This document shows positions 8,894-18,589 of a stretch of 48,012 nucleotides of DNA, piece after piece. The notes under the pieces were generated by a model, which worked only from the letters and a program-made list of their open reading frames with translations, ran no database searches and had not been told where the DNA came from. Every line of letters begins with the position of its first letter. The first letter of the stretch is position 1. Both the position numbers and the translations under genes were made by a program. The stretch is from Methanosarcinales archaeon (GTDB lineage: Archaea; Halobacteriota; Syntropharchaeia; Alkanophagales; Methanospirareceae), in NCBI GenBank assembly GCA_025464325.1, contig JAODGH010000032.1, positions 1 to 48,012 on the forward strand, written 5' to 3'.

Positions 8894-9667
8894 ATGAAGA
8901 AGGAGCAACACAGAGAACTGAGAATAGGTAAATTCGGATTCCTCAACAATTTCCTGCCGTATTATCGGCTTGAGCAGGATGGATTCATAAATATTTACGA
9001 AGGTTCACCGCGAGAGCTGGCTTTGTTGTTCGAACGTGATGAAATAGATTTTGCACCACTCCCTTCTTTCTATTACTTACGTAATAAGACGCAGTTGCGA
9101 AGTTATGAGTTCTGTGTCGCGTCGAAGGATAGCGTTTTGAGCGTACTTCTCGTCTCAGAACACGGTGTACAGGATGAAAATGGGCGAATCGCGGTTACAA
9201 ACCAGACCGTAACGTCCGTGAATCTGCTAAAGATAATATTAAATGAGCGTGGTATGACCAACAGGATTTTAGAGTTGAACGCATGTGAAACCAGCGAACT
9301 GCTCAGGCATGGCAGTTACGCACTCGTTATAGGCGATGAGGCGCTGAGGGCACGCTCAAGATATAAAGTTGTTATGGACCTTGGAGAGGAGTGGCATGAT
9401 ATTACCCGTTGTCCCATGGTATTCGGTATCGCGGTATCCTCGCACAAGGAGGACCTGAGTGAAGTGGACCGGACGATACTGGAATCGCTGGCATGGGGCG
9501 AGCAGAATCTGGAAACCGTGATGAGCGAGGCTAAAAAGCGATTTAGCAGTATGCCCGCGGATCTTATAGAACGGTACCTCAATTCTCTCACGTATCGGCT
9601 GGGCACACGAGAAAGAGAAGGCTTAAAAGTATTTGAAGCAAAATGCCATGAATATGGACTATTATGA
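8894..9667 (+). CDS. mqnA: futalosine-pathway menaquinone biosynthesis protein, MqnA/MqnD (VitK2_biosynth) family
   Basis: LRIGKFGFLNNFLPYY, DFAPLPSF and the periplasmic-binding-protein-like length (257 aa). It is directly followed by a CofH/MqnC-type radical-SAM gene. Confidence 0.7.
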   Translation: MKKEQHRELRIGKFGFLNNFLPYYRLEQDGFINIYEGSPRELALLFERDEIDFAPLPSFYYLRNKTQLRSYEFCVASKDSVLSVLLVSEHGVQDENGRIAVTNQTVTSVNLLKIILNERGMTNRILELNACETSELLRHGSYALVIGDEALRARSRYKVVMDLGEEWHDITRCPMVFGIAVSSHKEDLSEVDRTILESLAWGEQNLETVMSEAKKRFSSMPADLIERYLNSLTYRLGTREREGLKVFEAKCHEYGLL

Positions 9668-10730
9668 TGTTTATGTGGATAAGAACCTGAACGGGGAGGA
9701 CCTGAGTTTTGAGGAAGCGTTAAGACTATTCGAGCTACCGCTTCCCGCTCTCGGCAGGATCGCGGATGAGATAAGACGAAAACGCTGTGGGGACCTCGTT
9801 ACATTCGTCATTGATCGTAATATAAACTACACAAATAGGTGCGTATCTAAGTGCAAATTCTGCGCGTTCTATGCGAGACGGGAACAAGACTGTTACAAGT
9901 TAAGTAAACACACCATACTCAGCAAGATAAAAGAGGCGGTTGACGATGGTGCAACACAGATACTCATTCAGGGAGGTCTTGACCCTTCTATCGGGCTTGA
10001 ATGGTTCGAGGATCTATTTGCTACAATAAAGTTACGGTTCCCGCAGGTTCATATTCATAGCCTCTCTCCTCCTGAGGTATTCTTCATTGCAACGAATGAA
10101 GGCATGAGCATAGAGGATACTCTTGCGCGATTGAGAGCAGCAGGGCTGGATTCTCTGCCCGGGGGTGGTGCCGAGATACTCTGTGATCGGGTACGAAAGC
10201 AGATAAGTCCCGGCAAAGTCGGTGTAGAGGGGTGGTTAAAAGTGATGGAGATAGCGCAGAGAATGGGAATGAAGACAACGGCGACAATGATGTTCGGGCA
10301 TATAGAGCGTGATGAGGATATAATTGAGCATCTGTTCCGTGTGCTGGAACTGCAGAACAGGCTACACGGGTTCACAGCGTTCATACCATGGACGTTTCAG
10401 CCATGGCATACCCGGCTATACCCTGAGATAAGAGCCCCCGCACCTGTAACGAGATATCTGCAGGTACTTGCCATATCACGGATAGTACTGCATTCGATAA
10501 GGAACATACAGTCGTCATGGCTGACCCAGGGCATCGAGACAGCGAAGCTGGCACTCTTCTTCGGTGCGAACGATTTCGGTGGTACGATACTTGAGGAGAA
10601 CGTGGTGACTGCTGCGGGACGGGCACATAAGCCGAAGAGGGTGGAAGAGATAGTGAAGGCGATAAAATCTGTTGGTAGACCCGCAGCACAGCGAAATACG
10701 TACTATGAGATACTGAAATACTACGGGTGA
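9633..10730 (+). CDS. radical-SAM enzyme of the MqnC/MqnE (CofG/CofH-like) family
   Basis: Cluster motif CVSKCKFCAF, then QILIQGGL, GAEIL and the C-terminal ANDFGGTILEENVVTAAG. The true start is probably the ATG at 9648 or 9654. I cannot separate MqnC from MqnE by eye. Confidence 0.75.
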   Translation: MKQNAMNMDYYDVYVDKNLNGEDLSFEEALRLFELPLPALGRIADEIRRKRCGDLVTFVIDRNINYTNRCVSKCKFCAFYARREQDCYKLSKHTILSKIKEAVDDGATQILIQGGLDPSIGLEWFEDLFATIKLRFPQVHIHSLSPPEVFFIATNEGMSIEDTLARLRAAGLDSLPGGGAEILCDRVRKQISPGKVGVEGWLKVMEIAQRMGMKTTATMMFGHIERDEDIIEHLFRVLELQNRLHGFTAFIPWTFQPWHTRLYPEIRAPAPVTRYLQVLAISRIVLHSIRNIQSSWLTQGIETAKLALFFGANDFGGTILEENVVTAAGRAHKPKRVEEIVKAIKSVGRPAAQRNTYYEILKYYG

Positions 10731-10736
10731 TATTAA

Positions 10737-11963
10737 CTAAAATGTCCTCAATTCACCACGTATTGCCCTCTCCGTTATCTCCTGCACGTTCGATAGCCAC
10801 TCGTCCATTATTCGCACGGCTTTATGCTCGATAGTCGCGGTCATTTCGGTACTTTCGGGTATTATTCGCGCTGTTGCGACTCTTGGATCGTCTATTCTCC
10901 TGCCTATCTCGGATAGAAGCATAACATAAACCTCCCGGACACCGTCCACAGTAGCCACTATCTCATTGGCAATCTCAATAGCGAGCAGGTTATATATCTT
11001 GCCGGTATGGTTAACCGGATTTTTTCCCGCAGCGCCTTCCATGCTCATCGGTCTGCCTGGTGTGATGAGCCCATTACAGCGGTTACCACGACCGGCAGCG
11101 CCGTCATCACCCATCTCCGCCGAGGTACCGGTTACGGTGATATACACGGTCTCAGCAGTATCGGCTCGATTCACGTGTGTAGTTACCGATCTACCAGTAC
11201 ATTCTTCGGCAACGTCAGTGACAAACTGCTTCAAATTCGACTTTATCGTGGTATAGTGGTCATGATCATCCACGTATCTGGATACAAACGCGTCACCTAC
11301 GGTCAGTGTTATATTGTCACCTTCCCGTAGCGCCATCACTTTCATATCCTCGCCTATCGCGTTCTCTCTGTGCCGATAGTCCGACATCACCCTGCCTTCC
11401 ACATTTGATGCTATGGTCTCCACCTCAGATAGTGGCGCGTGGGCAACCCCGAAAGAGGTATCATTTGCTACCGGTATCTCTCGATCCTTCTCTTTAAATA
11501 CCTGCAGCAGATCCGCAGAGCCTTTACCCAATCGACTCTCTATCACGACATCACGATCCACATCGAGGTTACGTACGATACTCTTAAGATATTCGCGTGC
11601 CGCTTGCAGTGCAACAATATCCACAGCTACTTCCTCACCCTCAAATTCGCGTGTCGCTCGACCACCCAGGAGTATATATATCGGCGAAGTGATCTCGCCA
11701 CCGCCGTATTTTGGATCAGACCTGCCTGCGACGAGCTGAACTTTATCTGTATTGTGATGCAGGACCATGCCGAATTTGTCCAGGTATTCTTTACATAACG
11801 CGACACTGACCGCATCAGCAATGCCATCACACAAACTGTCCGGATGTCCCAGTCCCTTACGCTCTACCATCTCCACTTCCTGCTGCTCCACTGGCAGCCG
11901 GTGCATGAACTCAGCTCTTATATTCCGCTTCAACTCCATTTTGCTCATATCTCCTATCGCCAT
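10737..11963 (-). CDS. archaeal-type S-adenosylmethionine synthetase
   Basis: [31 protein letters not shown] and [25 protein letters not shown] are archaeal MAT (PF01941-like) signatures. 408 aa. Confidence 0.9.
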   Translation of the reverse strand: MAIGDMSKMELKRNIRAEFMHRLPVEQQEVEMVERKGLGHPDSLCDGIADAVSVALCKEYLDKFGMVLHHNTDKVQLVAGRSDPKYGGGEITSPIYILLGGRATREFEGEEVAVDIVALQAAREYLKSIVRNLDVDRDVVIESRLGKGSADLLQVFKEKDREIPVANDTSFGVAHAPLSEVETIASNVEGRVMSDYRHRENAIGEDMKVMALREGDNITLTVGDAFVSRYVDDHDHYTTIKSNLKQFVTDVAEECTGRSVTTHVNRADTAETVYITVTGTSAEMGDDGAAGRGNRCNGLITPGRPMSMEGAAGKNPVNHTGKIYNLLAIEIANEIVATVDGVREVYVMLLSEIGRRIDDPRVATARIIPESTEMTATIEHKAVRIMDEWLSNVQEITERAIRGELRTF

Positions 11964-12100
11964 TACTCATTAATTAAGATTTCGGTATAATTGCTGTATC
12001 GTTTGATTCTTATATGACATGACGAAGAAGTGGACGTAAGCTCGAGCTGTGGACGACTAAAAATAAGGAATAAACCTGACTTGTAATCCTTCCGTAGCAG

Positions 12101-13120
12101 TCATACGTGGAATTTCTGAGCCAGTTCGAATGGATCGGATGCGATGACTGATGCGGCATAGAGCTCCATCGTACCTATATCCGAGGTTCTGTCATCAAGA
12201 TCTCCCCGGTCTACCAGCCTTACCACATGGTACGATCCTGTCTGGAATATTGCAAGATTATAGGACATCACGCCCATATCACGATAGAATCGCAGCAATT
12301 TATAAATAGTACGCGCTATCGCATCACTTCTGCGTGCGGTACTGACAACAACGATCTCCTTCTCCTTCACGGGCGTGAGATAAAATAGTATCCTGTCATT
12401 ATTGCTCGTCCCTGTGAGATCCAGACTTTCGTGTACCTTGCACAGATCTGAAATATAATCAGAGCGATATTGACAATTATATGCAGACACAACGCGATCT
12501 AAAGCTTCTAATTTACCGTATCTCGTCTTCGATGCCGTTAATTGCATATGTCCATGTATGATAGAAGCACCACTGCGCCACAGACAATTCCATAGAAAGA
12601 ACTTGTGCAGTTCATCACCGCTCTCCTTACATACAGATTCGAACCAGCGTTCACAGGTTCGCAGGTAATCAGCTATCCTGTCTTCTGTTATAACCAGCGG
12701 ATTGTGCTCATTGAAGATCACCAGACCGTGATAGGAATCGTACTTAGTGAGGTTACTCGCTGTGACGCAGTATCTCCCCCTGATTCGCCCGAAACTATCC
12801 ATTGGCGTTTGTTCGTCCGGCTTACAGAATCGGCAGTGGGTTTTATCATGAGGTACCGTCTTCTGCAGGCTATCCTTTGGTCTCTCAGCGCGTAACTCGT
12901 TGAAGAGACTGTGTTCCCCCGTGAACCTGTTCTTAATAGATACTATCTGCTGACGTTTAACACGTTCAAGCGATTTGAACCGCGTTTTAACCCAGTCTTC
13001 CATCCCGGAAGGTAGTTTCAACTCACCGGTGAAAGTTTTTATCTCATAGAGACGCATAAGTAACTCATATTCTGTCTTTGATAGCGTAGCAGCTAAATCT
13101 TCGATCCCGGTTATCCGCAT
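12101..13120 (-). CDS. GalT-like HIT-superfamily nucleotidyltransferase (galactose-1-P uridylyltransferase / Apa2-like)
   Basis: Zn-site-like HCRFCKP, NLTKYDSYHGLVIFNEH and the HxHxQ nucleotidyl-histidine motif SIIHGHMQL. Confidence 0.6.
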   Translation of the reverse strand: MRITGIEDLAATLSKTEYELLMRLYEIKTFTGELKLPSGMEDWVKTRFKSLERVKRQQIVSIKNRFTGEHSLFNELRAERPKDSLQKTVPHDKTHCRFCKPDEQTPMDSFGRIRGRYCVTASNLTKYDSYHGLVIFNEHNPLVITEDRIADYLRTCERWFESVCKESGDELHKFFLWNCLWRSGASIIHGHMQLTASKTRYGKLEALDRVVSAYNCQYRSDYISDLCKVHESLDLTGTSNNDRILFYLTPVKEKEIVVVSTARRSDAIARTIYKLLRFYRDMGVMSYNLAIFQTGSYHVVRLVDRGDLDDRTSDIGTMELYAASVIASDPFELAQKFHV

Positions 13121-13171
13121 CAGGCATCCTCCAGTGTTAATTATAAAAAGGATCCATTTATTATTTATAAT

Positions 13172-13891
13172 ATGAAAGTGGGTGTTTGCGGTTTTCCGAA
13201 GTCAAAGAGTGCTATATTTACGAATCTGGATCTGGTAGAGGTCCAGGCTACATTTTACAAGCCTGTACGCCGCTCAACTGCGGAACGATGGCGTAGGGAT
13301 GCACCCGCTGATTTCGAATTCACATTGAAAGCATGGCAGTTGATCACACACGAACCAAAGAGCCCAACATATCGTAAAGCGAAGCTGGAACTGAGTGGCG
13401 ACAGGTACGGGCTATTCCGACCGACAGAGGAGGTATTTGAGGCATGGACGGTGACTGATGGGATACGAAAAGCATTGAATGCTCGCATAGTGGTCTTCCA
13501 GACCCCTGCAAGCTTCAAAGAGACCGGGTCGAACATAAGCAATATGTACGATTTCTTCCACTCGATAGATCGCAACGAGATAATAATGGTATGGGAACCG
13601 AGGGGTGACTGGACTCGAAACACGATAATGAGGATATGTGAAGAACTCGAGCTTATACATTGTGTTGATCCTTTTGCCGCACAGCCAGAGAGTGGTACCG
13701 GGTTTGGATACTTCAGGTTACATGGCTCACCGCCTGGAAAAAGGATGTACCGTTACACTTACACGGACACCGACCTGCAGTTCCTGTATGAGCACTGCAG
13801 GGGCTACTCGCAGGTATACGTGTTATTCAATAACATCACAATGTTCGATGATGCTTTGCGATTCAAAAGATTGAGTGATGCTGGTTCCTGA
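13172..13891 (+). CDS. DUF72 (UPF0759) family protein
   Basis: MKVGVCGFP..., EVQATFYKP and FEFTLKAWQLITH are typical of the DUF72 TIM-barrel family. Confidence 0.75.
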   Translation: MKVGVCGFPKSKSAIFTNLDLVEVQATFYKPVRRSTAERWRRDAPADFEFTLKAWQLITHEPKSPTYRKAKLELSGDRYGLFRPTEEVFEAWTVTDGIRKALNARIVVFQTPASFKETGSNISNMYDFFHSIDRNEIIMVWEPRGDWTRNTIMRICEELELIHCVDPFAAQPESGTGFGYFRLHGSPPGKRMYRYTYTDTDLQFLYEHCRGYSQVYVLFNNITMFDDALRFKRLSDAGS

Positions 13892-13922
13892 TTCTGTTAT
13901 ACGTAGCCCTCCAACAACGTGC

Positions 13923-14246
13923 CTATTTCAGCGCGACACCCACCGCACGTCTTATCAATAGCTCGATCTCAGCAGCTCCTTCTCCCGTTGGTCCCTTCTT
14001 GTCCGGTATTTCTATGATGATCGGTGTGACCTCGCGTTTAGTCCCATTGATCTCCCTTATTCTGGCTCGAACATGCGATTCTGCAGCAAGACGTTCTGTT
14101 ATGAGTATGATAGTGGCACCATCGCGTACCAGTTTGTCAAGTAACCGAACTACCTCCACGCCGTCATGCTCCACTTCGTACGTATCGCGCACACCTGCGA
14201 GTCGAAACCCAATGGCTGTTTCCCGATCACCAATTACTGCAATCAT
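13923..14246 (-). CDS. atpF: A/V-type ATP synthase subunit F
   Basis: MIAVIGDRETAIGFRLAGV... and ILITERLA. 107 aa, starting 4 nt after the atpE stop. Confidence 0.85.
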   Translation of the reverse strand: MIAVIGDRETAIGFRLAGVRDTYEVEHDGVEVVRLLDKLVRDGATIILITERLAAESHVRARIREINGTKREVTPIIIEIPDKKGPTGEGAAEIELLIRRAVGVALK

Positions 14247-14250
14247 TCAT

Positions 14251-14889
14251 TCACGCCTCACCGTGGAATAAAGTACGTGCTACATGCTCTCTTAATTCCG
14301 ATGAGAGTCGCTTCATTCGATCCTCAAACGTGTTGTTCACCTCTATCTTACCGTCTGCTCTCCGTACTATCGCGCCACCAACGGTTTTTATACGCTCTTC
14401 TGAGATAGATATCTTGATACCACCGCCAATCTCATGGGCTATCGCATCCAGTACCTCACCGGTAACGAAACCGGCATCGTCGGCACTGAGCAGTACTTCC
14501 AGCTCTCCGTTGCCCGTGCCACCTGTGACACTCATAGCAGCTTCTTTGATCAAGCCCGCCAGGATATCAGAATATGTGCTGCCCCTGAATCCCGATTCTT
14601 TTATCTGTGGCAGTCGTTTCAAAGATTCGTCAAATACACGCTTTATCATCTCTTCCTCCATGTCCCAGCGTAACTTCTTCGCAGCCAGTCGTTTCGCCCG
14701 GATGATCCGCTCCTTATTTTCTGCCGCTTTATCACGTTCGGCATCAATATATCTTTCCTTCCTTGTCTCTATCTCCGCTTTCGCTCTCTCTAACCGCTCC
14801 TCCACCTGTTCGCGCGCTTCCTTCAATATCCGCGCCTGCTCCTCTTGCGCATCCTCCATTATCCGCTTTACTATCTCTGAAGCACCCAC
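14251..14889 (-). CDS. atpE: A/V-type ATP synthase subunit E
   Basis: An N-terminal charged helix (IVKRIMEDAQEEQARILKEAREQ...) and the C-terminal globular domain ending VNNTFEDRMKRL. 212 aa, GTG start. Confidence 0.85.
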   Translation of the reverse strand: MGASEIVKRIMEDAQEEQARILKEAREQVEERLERAKAEIETRKERYIDAERDKAAENKERIIRAKRLAAKKLRWDMEEEMIKRVFDESLKRLPQIKESGFRGSTYSDILAGLIKEAAMSVTGGTGNGELEVLLSADDAGFVTGEVLDAIAHEIGGGIKISISEERIKTVGGAIVRRADGKIEVNNTFEDRMKRLSSELREHVARTLFHGEA

Positions 14890-14899
14890 ATAGCATCAC

Positions 14900-15217
14900 C
14901 TACATCAATCCAAGAACCCGTGACAGCACGGTATCTACGGCACTCTCCAGCCGTTTCTCGGCGGCTGTACGCAGTTTCTCCAGCTCGTCCTTCGCCTCCT
15001 TGAGTATCGCCTCACCCTCCTCTTCACCCTCCTTTGCATAACTGTCCGCAATCTCCTTCGCTTTGCGCTCCATCTCTATCTTAGCCTCCTCTTCAAGCTT
15101 CTTTATCGCGTCATCCGCCTCTCGCATCATGGTTGCAGCCTGCGCTTTTGCTTCTTCGATCTTCTTACGGGCTTCCACTTCTGCCTCTCTTATCTCTTTC
15201 AGTGCTTCTACCGCCAT
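14900..15217 (-). CDS. atpH: A-type ATP synthase subunit H (peripheral-stalk, V-ATPase G-like)
   Basis: 105-aa, all-helical, Glu/Lys/Ala-rich protein (ALKEIREAEVEARKKIEEAKAQA) lying first in the atp cluster. Confidence 0.7.
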   Translation of the reverse strand: MAVEALKEIREAEVEARKKIEEAKAQAATMMREADDAIKKLEEEAKIEMERKAKEIADSYAKEGEEEGEAILKEAKDELEKLRTAAEKRLESAVDTVLSRVLGLM

Positions 15218-15330
15218 GACTCTTAGATTTAAGTTTTTTCATTGGTTATAAAACTTTCTCATTTCTTCTCCCGTTCCTGATTATGATTTATAATTGATAA
15301 GTTACAAGGTTTAAGGAGGAGGACAGGATA

Positions 15331-16278
15331 GTGGAGCTGGAGGATCTACCTGGCGTTGGACCTGCAATAGCGGAAAAGTTACGTGAAGCGGGTTTGACTA
15401 CTCTGGAGGCGATAGCGGTGGCGTCGCCTGCGGAACTGGTCGCTACTGCCGATATAGGGGAGTCAACGGCAGCAAAGATAATAAATGCGGCACGTGAGGC
15501 TGCCGACATAGGCGGGTTCGAGACCGGTGAGAGGATATTAGAGCGACGGGAGAATATAGGTAAGCTGACCACGTGTTCCAAATCACTGGATGGACTGCTT
15601 GGCGGTGGGCTTGAGACGTGTGCTATGACGGAGTTCTACGGTGAGTTCGGTAGCGGTAAGACGCAGATAGCGCATCAGCTCGTTGTGAATGTCCAGTTAC
15701 CGCCGGAAGAAGGCGGTCTGAACGGTTCTGCCATTATGATCGATACCGAGAACACGTTCAGACCAGAGCGTATAAAGGATATGGCGGAAGGACTCGGGCT
15801 TGATTACCGAGAGGTATTGAAGAATGTACACGTCGCCCGCGCTTACAACTCGAATCATCAGATATTACTCGTGGAGAAGGCGAAAGAACTCGCGGATGAG
15901 CTCCGTGATACCGAAAAGCCGGTTCGATTATTGATAATAGACTCTGCTACAGCTCATTTCAGAAGTGAATATGTAGGCAGAGGTACGCTTTCAGACCGAC
16001 AGCAGAAGATAAATAAGCATCTCCATGACGCCCTCCGGTTTGCTGACCTGAACAATGCGGTAGTGATGATAACGAACCAGGTGCAGGTGAGACCTGATGC
16101 GTTCTTTGGTGACCCCACGAGACCCATTGGCGGGCATATCGTCGGGCATACCGCAACATTCAGGATTTATCTCCGTAAATCTAAAGGTGAGAAGCGTATA
16201 GCAAGGCTGGTCGATTCACCCAACCTGCCAGAAGCGGAAGCGGTATTTACGGTCACAAAAGTCGGAATACGGGATTGA
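15331..16278 (+). CDS. radA: DNA repair and recombination protein RadA
   Basis: HhH N-domain [20 protein letters not shown], Walker [10 protein letters not shown] and Walker B LLIIDS. GTG start after the SD aaggaggagga. Confidence 0.95.
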   Translation: MELEDLPGVGPAIAEKLREAGLTTLEAIAVASPAELVATADIGESTAAKIINAAREAADIGGFETGERILERRENIGKLTTCSKSLDGLLGGGLETCAMTEFYGEFGSGKTQIAHQLVVNVQLPPEEGGLNGSAIMIDTENTFRPERIKDMAEGLGLDYREVLKNVHVARAYNSNHQILLVEKAKELADELRDTEKPVRLLIIDSATAHFRSEYVGRGTLSDRQQKINKHLHDALRFADLNNAVVMITNQVQVRPDAFFGDPTRPIGGHIVGHTATFRIYLRKSKGEKRIARLVDSPNLPEAEAVFTVTKVGIRD

Positions 16279-16291
16279 GGATTGAGATCAC

Positions 16292-16864
16292 CTAATCCCC
16301 CTCTTCTAACTCAAGCTCCTCTTTGCAGCTCTCGCATACCATCAACCCGTCTTTCATTACGAGGTCATTAGAGAAGCATCCACATTTCTCACATATACCC
16401 TGCGTGATACCCTCACTTTCACGGCTTATTATATCCCGCTCCACGTGCATCTCGATCAGATCAGCAAGTATAGAGTTCATCTGCGACGAAACCGCGAGTA
16501 TATCAACATCAGCCACAATGCCCACCAGTTTGCCATCCTCTATTATGGGCAACTTCCGTATCCGCTCCGCTGCCATCTTCTTTGCTATATCAGAAACCCG
16601 ATCATTTGGCGAGCCTGTTATTACCGGTGTGGTCATCACTTCTTCCAGTTTCACCGTGCTCGGCGTGGTATCCCGGCTCACCAGTTCGTTGATTATATCG
16701 CTCTGCGTTACTATTCCAACCGGCTGACCACTTTCATTTACCACAACTATACTGTCCACATCGTACTTCCTCATAAGCTTCGCTGCATCCCTTACGTTCA
16801 TATCCCCCCTACCGGTCACCACTTCGCGCACCATTATATCCCGCAGCGGTATATCTGTCTCCAT
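16292..16864 (-). CDS. CBS-domain-pair protein with C-terminal zinc ribbon
   Basis: Two CBS repeats (IMVREVVTG...IVVVNESGQPVGIVT and VMTTPVITG...LPIIEDGKLVGIV) followed by CEKCG...CESC. Confidence 0.8.
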   Translation of the reverse strand: METDIPLRDIMVREVVTGRGDMNVRDAAKLMRKYDVDSIVVVNESGQPVGIVTQSDIINELVSRDTTPSTVKLEEVMTTPVITGSPNDRVSDIAKKMAAERIRKLPIIEDGKLVGIVADVDILAVSSQMNSILADLIEMHVERDIISRESEGITQGICEKCGCFSNDLVMKDGLMVCESCKEELELEEGD

Positions 16865-16915
16865 TCTCTCTCACTTAATATATTACGATAAAAATAAGTA
16901 AAACATAACCGGATA

Positions 16916-18106
16916 ATGCAAGCAGGAATGAAATACGTTATTTTGATTGGAGATGGTATGGCAGATTACCCGATAGCCGAATATGGTGGCAAAACAGCTT
17001 TACAGATTGCTTCTACACCCAATCTCGATTTCATTGCGAGTGAAGGCATCTGCGGGCGTGTGAGGACGATCCCGCCCAATATGGATGCAGGTAGCGATAT
17101 CGCCACATTATCCATTCTTGGCTATGAGCCCCCGCGCTACTATACCGGAAGGGGACCTCTGGAAGCGATCGGGATGGGCATACCACTCGATGATGCGGAG
17201 ATGGCATTCAGATGCAACCTCATAACGGTGTCAGGTGGTAAAATCGTGGATTACAGTGGTGGGCATATATCTGATACTGAAGCGAAAGAGCTTATAGAAT
17301 CACTCAATGCGGCATTTAAGTCGTGGGGTGTGAAGTTCTATCCCGGTGTCAGCTATCGAAACATAATGGTTCTTAAGACAGAAGAGGAGGTGGAGGGCGG
17401 TGCACCACCACATGACATCATTGGTGAGGATATCGAAGCGAACCTGCCGGAGAACAGATTATTGCGCGATATAGTGCTCAGATCGCGACAGATACTCGAG
17501 CATCACACAGTAAATGAGCAAAGAGCAGCCCGGGATAAGCACCGGGCGAATATGGTGTGGCTCTGGAGTGGTGGTCGGAAACCGGTAATGCCCGTGTTCA
17601 AGGATATGTACGGTGTGACAGGGGCAATGATATCGGGCGTATATCTGGTCAAAGGTGTGGCAAGAAGTGTGGGTCTGGACGTGATAGACGTGCCCGGCGC
17701 CACCGGCTACATAGACACGAACTACGCGGGCAAGGCAGAATATGCATTACAGGGTCTGAAGCAGAGAGATTTTATGCTTGTGCATGTGGAAGCACCGGAT
17801 GAAGCCGCACACAGTGGCGATATCGAGCAGAAGGTAAAAGCGATAGAAAATTTCGATCGGTTCGTGGTGGGCAAGATACTCAGTGGTCTGGAGTCGGAAT
17901 ACTCAGATTTCCGGGTATTGGCATTGCCTGACCATTACACGCCCACAGCCCTGAAGGTACATACTAAAGAACCAGTCCCGTTTGCCATCTACGACTCACG
18001 ATCACGTAGCCACAGTGATGCCACCTTTGACGAGGTATCGGCGAGTAAGAGCCCGTTGCGACTCGATGCGTACCGTCAGGATCTGATGCGGCGTCTATTC
18101 CAGTGA
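16916..18106 (+). CDS. apgM: cofactor-independent phosphoglycerate mutase, archaeal type
   Basis: KYVILIGDGMADYPI, FRCNL, PPHD and HVEAPDEAAHSGD. About 400 aa. An alternative ATG lies at 16928. Confidence 0.9.
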   Translation: MQAGMKYVILIGDGMADYPIAEYGGKTALQIASTPNLDFIASEGICGRVRTIPPNMDAGSDIATLSILGYEPPRYYTGRGPLEAIGMGIPLDDAEMAFRCNLITVSGGKIVDYSGGHISDTEAKELIESLNAAFKSWGVKFYPGVSYRNIMVLKTEEEVEGGAPPHDIIGEDIEANLPENRLLRDIVLRSRQILEHHTVNEQRAARDKHRANMVWLWSGGRKPVMPVFKDMYGVTGAMISGVYLVKGVARSVGLDVIDVPGATGYIDTNYAGKAEYALQGLKQRDFMLVHVEAPDEAAHSGDIEQKVKAIENFDRFVVGKILSGLESEYSDFRVLALPDHYTPTALKVHTKEPVPFAIYDSRSRSHSDATFDEVSASKSPLRLDAYRQDLMRRLFQ

Positions 18107-18391
18107 TTTTGCAAATACGCGTAGTTCCCGCCGTAACGTCTTAAGCCCGTACTTAAATTCTTTAAGTTCATGCTTAAAAGTACCCGGCAGCTCGGGAACA
18201 ACAGGCGGCTCTGGCTCCTTCAATTTCAGCGCTTCTGTCTGGCAAACCCGGTCACAGGCACCGCAGAGAGTACAGCAACCGTAATCGATGGATGATTTCC
18301 GGTCCACCACCGTTATCGCTCCTTCGGGACATGCCTCTACGCATTTACTGCACCCGACGCATCTCGTAAGATCTACGATAGGGATCCACAT
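18095..18391 (-). CDS. 4Fe-4S ferredoxin-domain protein
   Basis: CVGCSKCVEACP and CTLCGACDRVC motifs. The 3' end overlaps apgM convergently by 12 nt. Confidence 0.75.
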   Translation of the reverse strand: MWIPIVDLTRCVGCSKCVEACPEGAITVVDRKSSIDYGCCTLCGACDRVCQTEALKLKEPEPPVVPELPGTFKHELKEFKYGLKTLRRELRVFAKSLE

Positions 18392-18457
18392 CTCTCAGCC
18401 TACATTTTTTACACTTATCACAGCTTATTAGTCATCCATACATCAACCATACCGAAA

Positions 18458-18471
18458 CTTTAATTAAATAT
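18458..18471 (+). promoter_or_regulatory. candidate TATA box for tRNA-Ser (and the abutting CDS)
   Basis: ctttaattaaatat lies about 35 nt upstream of the mature tRNA 5' end. This is an inference from position only. Confidence 0.3.
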
Positions 18472-18501
18472 GTGTAAAATAATAAAACGATACTCCTGCT
18501 T

Positions 18502-18587
18502 GTCGGGATAGCCAAGTGGTCTAAGGCGGTGGGTTGCTAACCCACTTCCCCTTACGGGGAGCGAGGGTTCGAATCCCTCTCCCGGCG
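18502..18587 (+). tRNA. tRNA-Ser (anticodon GCU), class II with long variable arm
   Basis: Folded by hand. The acceptor stem gtcggga pairs with tcccggc (one G-U pair). The anticodon stem-loop is gtggg-ttGCTaa-cccac. There is a long variable arm (ttccccttacggggagc), the T arm is gaggg-ttcgaat-ccctc, and the discriminator is g. No encoded CCA. Confidence 0.9.
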
Positions 18588-18589
18588 CT

